Shown in pieces: positions 39,066-49,740 of a DNA stretch of 64,000 bases (positions within the stretch are counted from its first letter, which is position 1; every line of letters begins with the position of its first letter). Source of the stretch: a virus; IMG/VR virus record IMGVR_UViG_3300030099_006908, positions 30,846 to 94,845 of that record. One strand, 5' to 3'. A model generated the notes under the pieces. That model was not told where the DNA came from and ran no database searches. It worked only from the letters and a program-made list of their open reading frames with translations. The position numbers and the translations under genes are program-made.

Positions 39066-39676
39066 ACTTTAAAAAACTACTTAAAGAATATGACATGAGA
39101 ATCAGCGGAGTTCTTCATGTTGGCGCACACTTTGGCGAAGAATATTTGAGCTATGTAGATAACGGCATAAGCAAAGTGGTTTTCATAGAGCCTTTAAAAG
39201 AAAACTTCCAAGTTTTGGAAAATATATACGGTGCCGTCCCAGACGTTACTCTTATAAACAAGGGAGCGGGAAGCGAAAAAAAACAATTAAATATATATAA
39301 ATCTTCAAATAATTTAGTATCAAGCTCTGTGCTAAAACCCAAAACACATTTGGAACAACATCCAGAAGTTTTATTTGATGATGGACAAACAGTTATTGAT
39401 ATAGACAGAATTGATAATATGCTGGAAGATATTGTTCCGTACAACTTTATGAATGTTGATGTTCAGGGGTATGAACTAGAGGTTTTTAAGGGTGCGGGAA
39501 TATTTTTGGATAAAATAGACTTCATAATGACAGAGGTTAACAGAGAAGAAGTCTACGAAAATTGCTGTCAAGTTGAAGAAATAGATGAATATCTAGCAAA
39601 ATACAAATTCAAGAGAGTCGAATCTAAATGGCATGGATGCTGGGGAGACGCTTTATATATAAAGGACAAAAACTAA
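39056..39676 (+). CDS. FkbM-family methyltransferase
   Basis: LHVGAHFGEE, SSSVLKP, NVDVQGYELEVFKG, WGDALY. Confidence 0.88.
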   Translation: MLLDFKKLLKEYDMRISGVLHVGAHFGEEYLSYVDNGISKVVFIEPLKENFQVLENIYGAVPDVTLINKGAGSEKKQLNIYKSSNNLVSSSVLKPKTHLEQHPEVLFDDGQTVIDIDRIDNMLEDIVPYNFMNVDVQGYELEVFKGAGIFLDKIDFIMTEVNREEVYENCCQVEEIDEYLAKYKFKRVESKWHGCWGDALYIKDKN

Positions 39677-40617
39677 TGTATCACTTATCTGCTATTAGTG
39701 ACTTTAACTATCTAATATACGGCCTTGCCTTACGAGATTCAATAGACAATCACACAGAGTCAGACTTTCTGATACACTATCTGGCTTTAGACAAAGAAAC
39801 TAGCCAAGCATTAAAAGGCGTCCCAAACATAAAGGTTTATGAAATGGACGTAGTGGAAAAAGACGAAATGTTTGAATTGCTAAAACAGAACAATCCATCT
39901 AAACCAGGAGACCTGTCTCCCTTTCATTGGGCCTTGGCATCTTTCTTTACTCACTATCTTATGAACGAAGAGGGGTTAGACCATTGCCTCTATTCTGATA
40001 CAGATATATGTTTTTATAACGATATAAAGTCAATATTTGACTGCCTTGAAAATGAAGACATAGGACTGGTAACACATAAACATTTACCTCTTGATTACAT
40101 GCAGAGCGTAGGGTATTATAATGTTGGTGTTGTGTATTTCAGCGGCTCAGAAGAATCTAGGCAATGCTTGAAATTTTGGAGGGATTGCGTTGTAGACAAA
40201 AACAATCCATACGCTGAAAAGTTTGGAACCTGCGGCGACCAAAAGTATTTAGAGCTATTTGATTTTATTTGCGATGGAGTAAAAATAAAAGTTTTAGACC
40301 ACGAAATAGGTCACGCTGCCCCATGGAATTTCAGTCTGTCAGCGATTGAAAATAAAAAACTGACCTGGGACATGGGGCCAGCATTTTATGACTGCATGAT
40401 TAATGGAGAAAATGAAATTACACAAGATTTGGTGTTTGTTCATTTTTCTCATTTTACACCTAACTACGAAAAAAACACATACGAAATAGATTTCAATTTT
40501 GAGCCTGATGGTAAGCCATGCTGGGGCAACGTACTTCCACAGCCAGGAGTAGAAGAAATATACGACGAATATTTTGAACTATGCAAAAATACAAGAAGAA
40601 AGTATAACATATTATGA
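39676..40617 (+). CDS. GT-A glycosyltransferase (GT8/77-like)
   Basis: NYLIYGLAL..S, YSDTD, YNVGVVYF, GDQKYL, APWN, HFSH. Confidence 0.75.
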   Translation: MYHLSAISDFNYLIYGLALRDSIDNHTESDFLIHYLALDKETSQALKGVPNIKVYEMDVVEKDEMFELLKQNNPSKPGDLSPFHWALASFFTHYLMNEEGLDHCLYSDTDICFYNDIKSIFDCLENEDIGLVTHKHLPLDYMQSVGYYNVGVVYFSGSEESRQCLKFWRDCVVDKNNPYAEKFGTCGDQKYLELFDFICDGVKIKVLDHEIGHAAPWNFSLSAIENKKLTWDMGPAFYDCMINGENEITQDLVFVHFSHFTPNYEKNTYEIDFNFEPDGKPCWGNVLPQPGVEEIYDEYFELCKNTRRKYNIL

Positions 40618-41501
40618 ATATAGCTTTTGGAATGATAGTATTCAATGGAAATTATGTTCTGAAGGAATGCCTTGAGTCTGTTTATCCTTTCGCAAGTCAA
40701 ATTTTGATTTCTGAGGGGCCAGTAAAGTATTGGCAAGAGCAGGGAAATGAAACGTCAACTGACGGCACAAACGATATTTTACATGAGTTCTATGACCCAG
40801 ATAACAAGATTATTATTGAGCATGGCCAGTTTGAAGAAAAAAATGAGCAATGCAACGTGTACATGAAACATATGCGCGACGACACCGACTATATATGGAA
40901 CTTAGACTCGGACGAAATATTTAAACCAGAAGATATACAGCTAGTAATTCAAGCTTTAAAAGATTATCACTTTACCTCCGTTGGATTCAAAAGCTTTTCT
41001 TTTTACGGAGGTTTTGACGATTATTTGACGGGCTTTGAGGAAGATGCTGAATTTCATAGAATAAGAAAGGTATATCCAGGTTCATACTGGTCAACTCATA
41101 GACCGCCGACTATAGCCCATAAAGTTCAGCCTACTTTACAAGAGCTTCACTTGTCGTATAATATGTTAGCTGGCTACGGAGTTCGAATGTACCATTATTC
41201 ATACGTTTTTCCGTGGCAAGTAAAACAGAAGGTTCAATACTACAAGTCTGCTGTAAGTCGAGACAATTGCATAGATAATTATTATGAAAAGATATATGAG
41301 CCTTGGGTTAATAATCCTGAGCTTAGAGAAGAAATAGAAAAAGAGTGGGAGGGCGTACACGAATTCAAACCACGGTACAGAGGACCGTGCTATACAAAAA
41401 GGTTTGAAGGGCAGCATCCGCCAAAGATATTGCAAAATATTGACGCACTTAAAGATAAATTTAACAACCAGCTGAAAGAAGTTTGGTATGAAAATCTCTA
41501 A
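40614..41501 (+). CDS. GT2-like glycosyltransferase
   Basis: MIVFNG, STDGT, WNLDSDE, HYSYV. Confidence 0.75.
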   Translation: MNIAFGMIVFNGNYVLKECLESVYPFASQILISEGPVKYWQEQGNETSTDGTNDILHEFYDPDNKIIIEHGQFEEKNEQCNVYMKHMRDDTDYIWNLDSDEIFKPEDIQLVIQALKDYHFTSVGFKSFSFYGGFDDYLTGFEEDAEFHRIRKVYPGSYWSTHRPPTIAHKVQPTLQELHLSYNMLAGYGVRMYHYSYVFPWQVKQKVQYYKSAVSRDNCIDNYYEKIYEPWVNNPELREEIEKEWEGVHEFKPRYRGPCYTKRFEGQHPPKILQNIDALKDKFNNQLKEVWYENL

Positions 41502-42108
41502 TGACTCTGGTTGGAAAGAAGCTAGTGCAAAGGCTTTTGAGCAACAGTTTGCTCTTAATTTAAGAGAATTAAGCGACCCACCGACTCATTGGAGGTTTTT
41601 TTTAGAGGAACTGTCTAGAATAAAAAATTCAAAAAGGGTCGTAGATATAGGGTGTGGAGTAGGCTCTTTTTCCAAGCTGATTCGCATGTGGCATGGCGAT
41701 TTAAATTATGTGGGATATGATTATTCGGAAGCCGCCATAGAAACAGCCAAAAATATGTGGGGTGAATTTGGCGCGTTTGAACAAAGAGACTATCATGACA
41801 TTTCCACTAAAGACATACAGGACGGGGATGTCGTAGTTGCCAATGCTTTATGTGATGTTCTTCCAGATGGAGACGAGTGCTTTGAGCATATTCTATCGCT
41901 GGGCGCGAAGAATGTAATTTTTTTAAGAGTTCGAACTACAGAAAAAGAAAGCTTTTATGAAGAATATGAAGCATACGGTGAAATTCAAACTTATGCGTTT
42001 TATCACAATGAGTCAGGTTTGAATGAAATAATTAAAAAGAATGGGTATAATCCACCTAGATTTAATCACTATTCTGAAAATATAATGAACATTCATCTAG
42101 AAAAATGA
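41488..42108 (+). CDS. Class-I SAM-dependent methyltransferase
   Basis: VVDIGCGVG, YVGYDYSEAAI. Confidence 0.85.
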   Translation: MKISNDSGWKEASAKAFEQQFALNLRELSDPPTHWRFFLEELSRIKNSKRVVDIGCGVGSFSKLIRMWHGDLNYVGYDYSEAAIETAKNMWGEFGAFEQRDYHDISTKDIQDGDVVVANALCDVLPDGDECFEHILSLGAKNVIFLRVRTTEKESFYEEYEAYGEIQTYAFYHNESGLNEIIKKNGYNPPRFNHYSENIMNIHLEK

Positions 42109-42737
42109 AGCAAATTAAAGCTGTAACTCCGACACTTTTTGTAAAATCAAACATGGCTATAGTTGGCTCATCATCGTCTTTATTAGACGCAGAGCGGGGT
42201 CAAGATATAGACGATTTTGATGAAGTCGTAAGGTTTAACAGGGCTCCAACAGAGGGGTGGGAAAATTATGTAGGCTCAAAAACAACCCTTAGAGTCGCTA
42301 ATAATCATGTGTTTGCAAACGTAAAACATAATGTGGGTGGAGATGAGGAGTGCGACGATTGGAAGCCGCAGGGTCAACCTCAAAACTTTATAAGAGATTT
42401 AAAAGACCAAAAAATACTATTGCTTAACAAAGACTTTTCGGCATGGGAAGAGAAAGAAAAGCACATAGACTCAAGCTCAACAGCATTTTTAGGTAATTAT
42501 TTGTGCGTTGAGTCTTTTGGGGGAACTCTTTCGCCAAGTGTTGGTTACGCCTTTATAGCCTTGTGTATAATGAACGGAATCAAACCAACGTTATTTGGTT
42601 TTGGTCTTGCAGAAGAGGATAATAAAGCTAGCCATTATTGGGAGAATAAGGACAGGATTATTTCCAGCCACGGATATAAGTTGGAAAGACAAAATATTAA
42701 AAACTGGAACAAGGCAGGGAAATTGCTCATAAAATGA
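42105..42737 (+). CDS. GT29 sialyltransferase-like protein
   Basis: Sialylmotif L (AIVGSSSSL..GQDIDDFDEVVRFNRAP...VGSKTTLR), S (PSVG..C..LFGFG), III (HYWE), VS (HGYKLE). Confidence 0.88.
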   Translation: MKQIKAVTPTLFVKSNMAIVGSSSSLLDAERGQDIDDFDEVVRFNRAPTEGWENYVGSKTTLRVANNHVFANVKHNVGGDEECDDWKPQGQPQNFIRDLKDQKILLLNKDFSAWEEKEKHIDSSSTAFLGNYLCVESFGGTLSPSVGYAFIALCIMNGIKPTLFGFGLAEEDNKASHYWENKDRIISSHGYKLERQNIKNWNKAGKLLIK

Positions 42738-44587
42738 AAAACCATACAACTATCATTGCTGAGGTTGGCCTAAATCACAATGGAAGCGTAGAGATTGGAA
42801 AACGATTAGTTGATGCGGCAAAAATATCTGGAGCAGATTATGTCAAATTTCAAATGAGAGATTTGAAATCATTATATAGAAATCCAGATAATTACTACAA
42901 CGAAAGCCTAGCTACGCAATACACATTAGACCTGTTGCATAAATACGATTTGAGCTTTGATGAACTTATTGAGCTTTTTAATTATGCTAAAAAAGAAGGG
43001 ATAGAGCCATTATGCACTCCATGGGACACTCACAGCGTTTCCGTATTAGAAGCATATGGAATATCAGCTTATAAAACAGCGTCGGCTGACCTAACAAACA
43101 TTGAATTACTGGAGTGTATCGCCCAAACAAACAAGCTGATGTTTTGCTCTACCGGAATGTCAACAGAGGGAGAGATTATAAAGGCCTGTCGATTACTAGA
43201 TAAAATGAATGCTAACTACAAACTTATGCATTGCAATTCTACATATCCAGCCCCATACAAGGATATTCAACTTAAATATATTGAAAGATTAAGAGTCATA
43301 TCCAATAAGGACGTTGGATATTCTGGGCATGAAGATGGAATAGATGTGCCGATGGCTGCTGTTGCTTTGGGGGCGAACATTATAGAAAAGCATATTACCC
43401 TTGACAGGAATCAAGAAGGAAATGACCATAAGGTTAGCTTGCTTCCAGAAGAGTTTTCCGAAATGGTCAAGGGCATTCGAAATATTGAAGACGCTCTTGG
43501 CGAAGGCAAAAAAAGAAGGGTCACTCAAGGAGAGCTAATTAACAAAGACAGCTTGGCTAAAAGCATGGTAGCAAAAAAAGATATAAAATATGGCGAGGTT
43601 ATTAATAGAGATTGTATTGACATCAAAAGCCCTGGAGGGGGCTTACAGCCGATTGACCTTAATGAGATTATTGGCAAAACAGCCAAAAGACATATTAAGG
43701 CTGGAGATTTTTTCCATAAATGCGATTCAAATGAACTAGAGCTTCCGCAATATTTCGACATAGACAGAACATGGGGTCTTCCTGTACGCTTTCATGATTA
43801 TGATTTTTATCTAAAAAACAGCAATCCAAAACTTCTAGAGTTTCATCTTAGCTATAAAGACCTAGAGATGAACCCTTCAGAAATTTTCAATCAAAAATAT
43901 GACAAGGAAATAACTGTTCACGCGCCAGACCTTTTTGAAAACGACCACCTAATTGACCTAGCCTCTAAAGACGAAAACTACAGGGCAGAGTCGGTTAGAC
44001 ACATGGAAAAAGTTATATCAATATCGAAACAAATTAAACCGTTTTTCAATTGCGATAAAATTAGAATTGTTGCTAGCATCGGAGGAACCACTAGAACAGA
44101 ATGGATGAGTGATTCAGAAAAAGAAGAAGGGTACGAACTTTTGGCAAAATCTTTGGAAGAGCTAAAAGATAAGGACGTTGAGTTCTTATTGCAAACCCTA
44201 CCACCCTTTCCTTGGTATTTCGGCGGACAGCTACACTTAAACCTACTTGTTCTTCCAGACGAGATTGACTGGTTCTGCTCAAAATATAATTATAAATTAT
44301 GCCTAGACACCTCACACTCACAGTTAGCTTCAAATTACTACAAAATAAACTACATAGATTTTATTAACAAAATCAAAGACCATGTTGGACATATGCACTT
44401 ATCTGATGCGTTTGGCCTAGATGATGAAGGTATTCAGATTGGAAAAGGGCAGATAGATTTTGCCAGACTCTTGAAAAAAATCAACAATAGCGTGTCCTTT
44501 ATTCCAGAAATTTGGCAAGGACATAGAAACTTAGGCTACGATTTTTGGATAGCCTTGAGAAAGATAGAGGAAATACTAAATGATTAA
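42734..44587 (+). CDS. neuB: NeuB-family nonulosonate synthase with SAF domain and C-terminal TIM-barrel domain
   Basis: IAEVGLNHNG, VKFQ, STGMS, HCNSTYPA, GYSGHE, IEKHITLD..GNDH..SL; SAF KSPGGGL; C-terminal DTSH/HLSD/PE motifs. Confidence 0.9.
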   Translation: MKNHTTIIAEVGLNHNGSVEIGKRLVDAAKISGADYVKFQMRDLKSLYRNPDNYYNESLATQYTLDLLHKYDLSFDELIELFNYAKKEGIEPLCTPWDTHSVSVLEAYGISAYKTASADLTNIELLECIAQTNKLMFCSTGMSTEGEIIKACRLLDKMNANYKLMHCNSTYPAPYKDIQLKYIERLRVISNKDVGYSGHEDGIDVPMAAVALGANIIEKHITLDRNQEGNDHKVSLLPEEFSEMVKGIRNIEDALGEGKKRRVTQGELINKDSLAKSMVAKKDIKYGEVINRDCIDIKSPGGGLQPIDLNEIIGKTAKRHIKAGDFFHKCDSNELELPQYFDIDRTWGLPVRFHDYDFYLKNSNPKLLEFHLSYKDLEMNPSEIFNQKYDKEITVHAPDLFENDHLIDLASKDENYRAESVRHMEKVISISKQIKPFFNCDKIRIVASIGGTTRTEWMSDSEKEEGYELLAKSLEELKDKDVEFLLQTLPPFPWYFGGQLHLNLLVLPDEIDWFCSKYNYKLCLDTSHSQLASNYYKINYIDFINKIKDHVGHMHLSDAFGLDDEGIQIGKGQIDFARLLKKINNSVSFIPEIWQGHRNLGYDFWIALRKIEEILND

Positions 44588-45503
44588 AGGTCCAGTTTAC
44601 CCAATTATTTTACCATTTAATAACAAAAAAGATATTGACATTCCGTCTCTTCAGAGATATATATCATATATAGTCGATGGAGGTGGAAAATATATAATGG
44701 TCGCTTCGGCAACCAGTAGGTTTTCTCAGCTATCTACCGAAGAGATTAAAACAGTAAACAAGGTAACAATAGAGTCAACCATAGAAAGCGGAGGCGTTCC
44801 AATCGCTTCTACGCCTATAAGTGGAAGCACTAAAACACACATAGAGGTTGCCCAACAAGCAGAAAGAGATGGGGCTGAAATTGTTATCTGTGAATATCCT
44901 TGGAGGTATCAAGGCTCAGGTCCTTTAATAGATTATTTTAAAGAGATAGTGAACAACACAAACCTTGACGTAATGCTTCACGTTACACCAACCAGAAGCG
45001 AAGTAGAAACCAGCTTTGGAAAAACACATAGATATGAAATTGACGATTTGGTAGAAATATGCTCTTTACCAAGGGTCATAGGATTTAAGGAAGCTGCCGG
45101 AGACCCAGAACATTCAGAAAAAATATGGCGTGTTTTAGGTAAATCTACGAGTATTATAGTGGCGGTCGCGGCAAGCGAGACATTCTTGAAGGCTCGTCCA
45201 TACGGTGCTACTGGATTTTTCACTGGAATTGAAAGCATATTTCCAAGATTTGGAAAAGAAGTTTACGATTTAATTTTGAATGACGACAAAGAAAAGTCTT
45301 CTGAAATAGTTTCACAAATGTCTGACTTATTGCACTCATGCAAAAATTTTGGATGGCATGCTGCTTCAAAATACTGTCTTTTTAAATTAGGCATTATGGG
45401 AATAGACGAAAGAGAGCCTATGAACCCAATAAGCGAAGAAGCTCAAAAAATATTAGACCCTAAAATTGAAACTCTAATTGATATATATGGACAATATAGT
45501 TAG
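44580..45503 (+). CDS. DHDPS/N-acetylneuraminate lyase-family class I aldolase
   Basis: ILPF..DIDIPSL, ATSRFSQLSTEE, VIGFKEA (Schiff-base Lys), GATGFFTG. Confidence 0.8.
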   Translation: MIKGPVYPIILPFNNKKDIDIPSLQRYISYIVDGGGKYIMVASATSRFSQLSTEEIKTVNKVTIESTIESGGVPIASTPISGSTKTHIEVAQQAERDGAEIVICEYPWRYQGSGPLIDYFKEIVNNTNLDVMLHVTPTRSEVETSFGKTHRYEIDDLVEICSLPRVIGFKEAAGDPEHSEKIWRVLGKSTSIIVAVAASETFLKARPYGATGFFTGIESIFPRFGKEVYDLILNDDKEKSSEIVSQMSDLLHSCKNFGWHAASKYCLFKLGIMGIDEREPMNPISEEAQKILDPKIETLIDIYGQYS

Positions 45504-46326
45504 AAGCAAATGGGGGATACATAATCGAAGCATTGAGAAGATAAATGCTTTGTATGGAGATGTATATAATCTAGACAATAAATATATATTAAAAATAACA
45601 AATATAAATTCAAATGAAAAGCAAGGCTTAATTAATTCGTTCATGAATAAAGCTCATGAAAAAGGATTTCCGGTTCCGAGAACAACACAAACAAAAGAAG
45701 GCGGTTTATTTTTTTCAGAATCTAGAAAAACATACTCTTTGTATGATTATATTTCAGGAAATCACTATGATTTTAAAGAAGGTTCTCTAATACAGGCCGC
45801 AACAACACTTGCCCGTTTTCATGATGAGTTTGAAAAAGAATTAGAGCTTGAACAAGAGGTTGAAAAGGTTTGCGGAGACGTTTACCCCTATGACTTATCG
45901 GGTATTAAATACTATACCAGCGAGGTCAGGGAGGCGGTTAAGCTAATAGATAGGTCAGAAAGGTTTTGCGTTAGTCTTCCTAGACAGATTGGACATTTTG
46001 ATTACATACCTAGCAACTTGATATTTAAAAACGGAAAAATGATAGGTTTAATAGATTTCGATATCATGCGTGTTTCTGAGAAAGCGAGGGATTTGGCCAT
46101 CTCACTGCACAGGCTAACAAAAAATGAATTACAAAAAAAGCTGTTCTTAGATTCTTACGGGTCTATAAATAATTTAACAGATGCAGAATTGCAGTCTATG
46201 AATGATTTATATTTTGATGAGATGAAAAGAAAATTAATTTATACTATCAGGAGATATAATATATCGCCTAAGCCATTTAAAGTTTTATTTGACAGGATAA
46301 AAAATGAAAAACTTGAACGAGTTTAG
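45487..46326 (+). CDS. APH/choline-kinase-like phosphotransferase
   Basis: YILK, LARFH, Brenner-like HFDYIPSNL, LIDFD. Confidence 0.78.
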   Translation: MDNIVRSKWGIHNRSIEKINALYGDVYNLDNKYILKITNINSNEKQGLINSFMNKAHEKGFPVPRTTQTKEGGLFFSESRKTYSLYDYISGNHYDFKEGSLIQAATTLARFHDEFEKELELEQEVEKVCGDVYPYDLSGIKYYTSEVREAVKLIDRSERFCVSLPRQIGHFDYIPSNLIFKNGKMIGLIDFDIMRVSEKARDLAISLHRLTKNELQKKLFLDSYGSINNLTDAELQSMNDLYFDEMKRKLIYTIRRYNISPKPFKVLFDRIKNEKLERV

Positions 46327-47011
46327 CTCAGAATTAAAAAAAGATGCGCAAGGTATGCACGATGACTGTAAGCTTCAGGATGATGCGTTTAGTGTATTGG
46401 TCAGGGCTGACAGACATAGGTGGATACACCAAACAAACTTTGCTGGAATTCCCGCGTTGCAACTACCTCAAGACTTGTTTGCTATTCAGGAAATAGTTTT
46501 TAAAACTAAACCTCAAGTCATAGTAGAGCTTGGTGTTGCGTGGGGAGGAACTACAATGTTCCTTGAGTCTTTTCATCAGGGAGATATAATAGGGGTAGAC
46601 CTCCAAATACCAGACCACCTAAGAGACGCAACCGCATTTAAAGGAAATATTAGGTTCCTTATAGGAGACAGCGTTTTGAGCGCAGAGGTAATTAAAAGGT
46701 TTGTTGGAGATAGAAGTTGTATGGTTGTAGTAGACTCTATGCACACACATAAACACGTTCTTGAAGAACTCAACGCTTTTTCAGACATTGTTACCCCTGG
46801 CTGCTACATGGTTGTTTGCGACACTCTAGTTGACGACCCAAGATACCACGAAGACGGAGCGGCAAGAAATCGTCCTTGGGGACCAGGAAACAGCCCAAGA
46901 AGCGCTTTGAATCAGTTTCTTGAAGAAAATCCAGAGTTTGAAAGAGACGAGAACATAAGAAATAAACTATTGTTTTCATGCCAACCAGACGGATACATAT
47001 ACAAGAAATGA
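46304..47011 (+). CDS. CmcI (cephalosporin hydroxylase)-family O-methyltransferase
   Basis: QLPQDL..QEI..KP..IVELGVAWGG, DSMHTHKHVLEEL, WGPGNSP, PDGY. Confidence 0.88.
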   Translation: MKNLNEFSSELKKDAQGMHDDCKLQDDAFSVLVRADRHRWIHQTNFAGIPALQLPQDLFAIQEIVFKTKPQVIVELGVAWGGTTMFLESFHQGDIIGVDLQIPDHLRDATAFKGNIRFLIGDSVLSAEVIKRFVGDRSCMVVVDSMHTHKHVLEELNAFSDIVTPGCYMVVCDTLVDDPRYHEDGAARNRPWGPGNSPRSALNQFLEENPEFERDENIRNKLLFSCQPDGYIYKK

Positions 47012-48006
47012 AAGAAACCCTTACGTTAATAGTCCCTCTTCTAGACAGGCACGAGCTTACAGACCGGTCATTGAAGTGGTTAGAGCAGCAAGAATGCGAG
47101 TGTAAAGTTATACTTGCGGACGGAAGCAAGGTTCCGTTTTCTGGCTCCTATAAGAGCCTGGATATACAGTATTTCTATAACGGCTTTGATGAAAACATAG
47201 CTCGATACATGAACAAAATGCATCGGGCTACTCAAATGGTTGAAACTCCGAGTTGCATGATATTTGATAACGACGATGTTATTAATTTAAGCGGCATACT
47301 GAATGGGGCTTATTTTTTGAGCGAAAACGATGATTACAGCACCTATCAAAATGACGTAAGGCCACTTGAGATATATCCAGAAATAAGCGTCAAGGATTCT
47401 TTGTACACAGGAAAATCAATAGAACAGGAACTTCCCGAAGACAGGCTGTTGAACGTTATAAGTAATTTTAACAGCTTTAACTACGCCGTTTTCAGAACCT
47501 CTATAATGAAATGCTTTTTCGAGATTATGGACGCTTTAAAAAACGATGATTTCCAATTATTTCAAAAATCTTGGGCATATACATCAGCGATTTTAGGCAA
47601 GTGCAAGAGGCTTCAAGACCAGTCTTATTACTATTTCATTCCTGGCAACAGCATATTACAAACAGGGGGCAAGGTACATAAGTTTAGCAACTGGGTTTCA
47701 ACGCAATACTGGAACGAGTCCTGCCCAAAAATGGTTTCTATTATATCATGTCTTTACCGAGGTGACATAAGAGAAATATTCTTAAGAGCCTTTTTAGATG
47801 AGATTTGCAAAAAAAACAATATTGAACCGGCTAGTGAAGAATATATTGATGGAGTCATCAAAGCTTCTCACGACTATGACGACACAGTACGAAAAGTTGT
47901 AGACAAATACTGTAAGTTATTTACGTTTGAATCGTGGCGTTTTAATGCCCAGGAATATTATCCAGTTGGACACGCTACCTTTGTGGAGGATATTATTGAT
48001 GGCTAA
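47008..48006 (+). CDS. TIGR00180-like GT-A glycosyltransferase
   Basis: LIVPLLDRH, ILADGS, VETP..DNDD, YAVFRT. Confidence 0.7.
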   Translation: MKETLTLIVPLLDRHELTDRSLKWLEQQECECKVILADGSKVPFSGSYKSLDIQYFYNGFDENIARYMNKMHRATQMVETPSCMIFDNDDVINLSGILNGAYFLSENDDYSTYQNDVRPLEIYPEISVKDSLYTGKSIEQELPEDRLLNVISNFNSFNYAVFRTSIMKCFFEIMDALKNDDFQLFQKSWAYTSAILGKCKRLQDQSYYYFIPGNSILQTGGKVHKFSNWVSTQYWNESCPKMVSIISCLYRGDIREIFLRAFLDEICKKNNIEPASEEYIDGVIKASHDYDDTVRKVVDKYCKLFTFESWRFNAQEYYPVGHATFVEDIIDG

Positions 48007-48865
48007 ACATGTAGTTCTTGATGCTATTGCTCGTTCTGGCACAACTCTAATGAGCGCGCTTCTTAGAAGCCAAGAAAAAACAATTGCTTTCTGTCCTGGA
48101 TTTAATGAGCCTCTTTCTTGTAAAAACATGGGGGAGTGGCCTCATGGAATGTGTAGAAAAGAGTTTGTTAATCGGCCTGAGTTAAGTTTAGACTTGTTTA
48201 AAAAAGAGAGTCTTTCCTATATCAACGATTACGCTCAGTATTATGGTCTTAGCAAAGATTCGTGGAGGTCTATAATTTATGATGCGTCTAGCACAAAAGA
48301 TATAAGAAAAAATATGGAAGAGGCTTTTCCTGATGTTGAAGTTTTTTGTTATAGATGGAATCAGGCTTTATGTTATTTTTACGAATGGATAGAAAAAGGC
48401 GAAGATTATCTTTGGGTTTCAATGATAAGAAACCCCCTGGATAGAGCGGTTTCTTCTATGCAAAAACATGGATGGTCCTTTGAAGACAGCTTAAACAGCA
48501 CCTTATCTTTTTGCGAAAAGTTAAAGTCGGTAAAAAATAATGAAAAATTTTATTTAATTCGATACGAGAGTCTAGCAAATTTGCCAGAGAAAGAGATGCA
48601 AGATATATACTCTTTTTTTTCGGTAAACCTCAGCTCAATAAATCTAAATGATATAAAGGGTTCCAATGGAGAGCATTTTATACCTCAAAGCTCTACAATA
48701 AAAGATACTACCACAAAAAAAGACGGGTATCTAACTGAAGCAGAAAAATTTAACGGGGTTTACACAAATCAAATAAATAGACATCCGTTCCATGAAGACG
48801 ATGATGTGTATCGGTGTTTTATGGACAGCTTGTCTGAATATGAAGAATATAAGGTATATTTTTAA
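47999..48865 (+). CDS. Sulfotransferase
   Basis: 5'-PSB ARSGTTL, 3'-PB IRNPLDRAVS, IRYESL..PE. Confidence 0.8.
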   Translation: MAKHVVLDAIARSGTTLMSALLRSQEKTIAFCPGFNEPLSCKNMGEWPHGMCRKEFVNRPELSLDLFKKESLSYINDYAQYYGLSKDSWRSIIYDASSTKDIRKNMEEAFPDVEVFCYRWNQALCYFYEWIEKGEDYLWVSMIRNPLDRAVSSMQKHGWSFEDSLNSTLSFCEKLKSVKNNEKFYLIRYESLANLPEKEMQDIYSFFSVNLSSINLNDIKGSNGEHFIPQSSTIKDTTTKKDGYLTEAEKFNGVYTNQINRHPFHEDDDVYRCFMDSLSEYEEYKVYF

Positions 48866-49740
48866 TGAAAGAAAACTTTTTACACATAGGCTATCACAAG
48901 ACAGCTACCACATGGATGCAGCAGTTCATGTTCCCGATAATATTTGAATCAAAGTATTTTGGAAAGTCTATTGAGCAAAAAAGAGACAACACCCTTTATT
49001 TAAGGGAAATGGATAACTTAAAAAACTTATTCTACAAAAATTCAAACGCTTGCTTCTCTGACGAGTTTTTCATGAAGCCTATGCCTAGAGGAAAGTTTGA
49101 CTTTGAAAAGAATATCGCTATAACAGATAGAAACAATATGCCAACGCCATCAAAAGAATTTTATATCTGCTCAGACAATCATGTAAAATCAATTTGTAAT
49201 AAAATTTGCTCTAACCTTGTAGATGAGAATATTAACACCAAGGTTATTTTATCCATTAGAAATCAAACAGACATGTTCTTTTCTATGTACTTGCACCAAG
49301 AAAGAGCGCCTCACCAAAAATGGAACAGTCCAGATATATGGGTTAAAGACTTAAACGGATTCATTTCAAAGTTTGATAGAAAATTTCTTACAAAAAAGCT
49401 TAAAAATTATTATGATTTTAATAATACATACACGCAATTAGTAAAAACTTTTGGACAAAAAAATGTGCATGTTATAATATATGAAAACCTTTTCAAAAAC
49501 ACTGAAAATGAAATAAATAGGCTTTATTGTTTTATGGCAAAAGAAATGGACTTAAAAGCGTTAGAGCAAATAAAAAGCCGTGTTAGCACAAAAAAGAACG
49601 ACAGTCGGAACGATTCCTATAAAAGACAAAAAAACGGAGAAGATATAAGAAAATTGTTGATGCAAGAATACAAAGATTCTAATAAAGAACTCTCTAAGCT
49701 AATAAAATTTGATTTAAGCAAATACGGATATCACCAATGA
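48865..49740 (+). CDS. Sulfotransferase
   Basis: HIGYHKTATTWMQ, SDE, IRNQTD..S.Y, IYENL. Confidence 0.8.
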   Translation: MKENFLHIGYHKTATTWMQQFMFPIIFESKYFGKSIEQKRDNTLYLREMDNLKNLFYKNSNACFSDEFFMKPMPRGKFDFEKNIAITDRNNMPTPSKEFYICSDNHVKSICNKICSNLVDENINTKVILSIRNQTDMFFSMYLHQERAPHQKWNSPDIWVKDLNGFISKFDRKFLTKKLKNYYDFNNTYTQLVKTFGQKNVHVIIYENLFKNTENEINRLYCFMAKEMDLKALEQIKSRVSTKKNDSRNDSYKRQKNGEDIRKLLMQEYKDSNKELSKLIKFDLSKYGYHQ

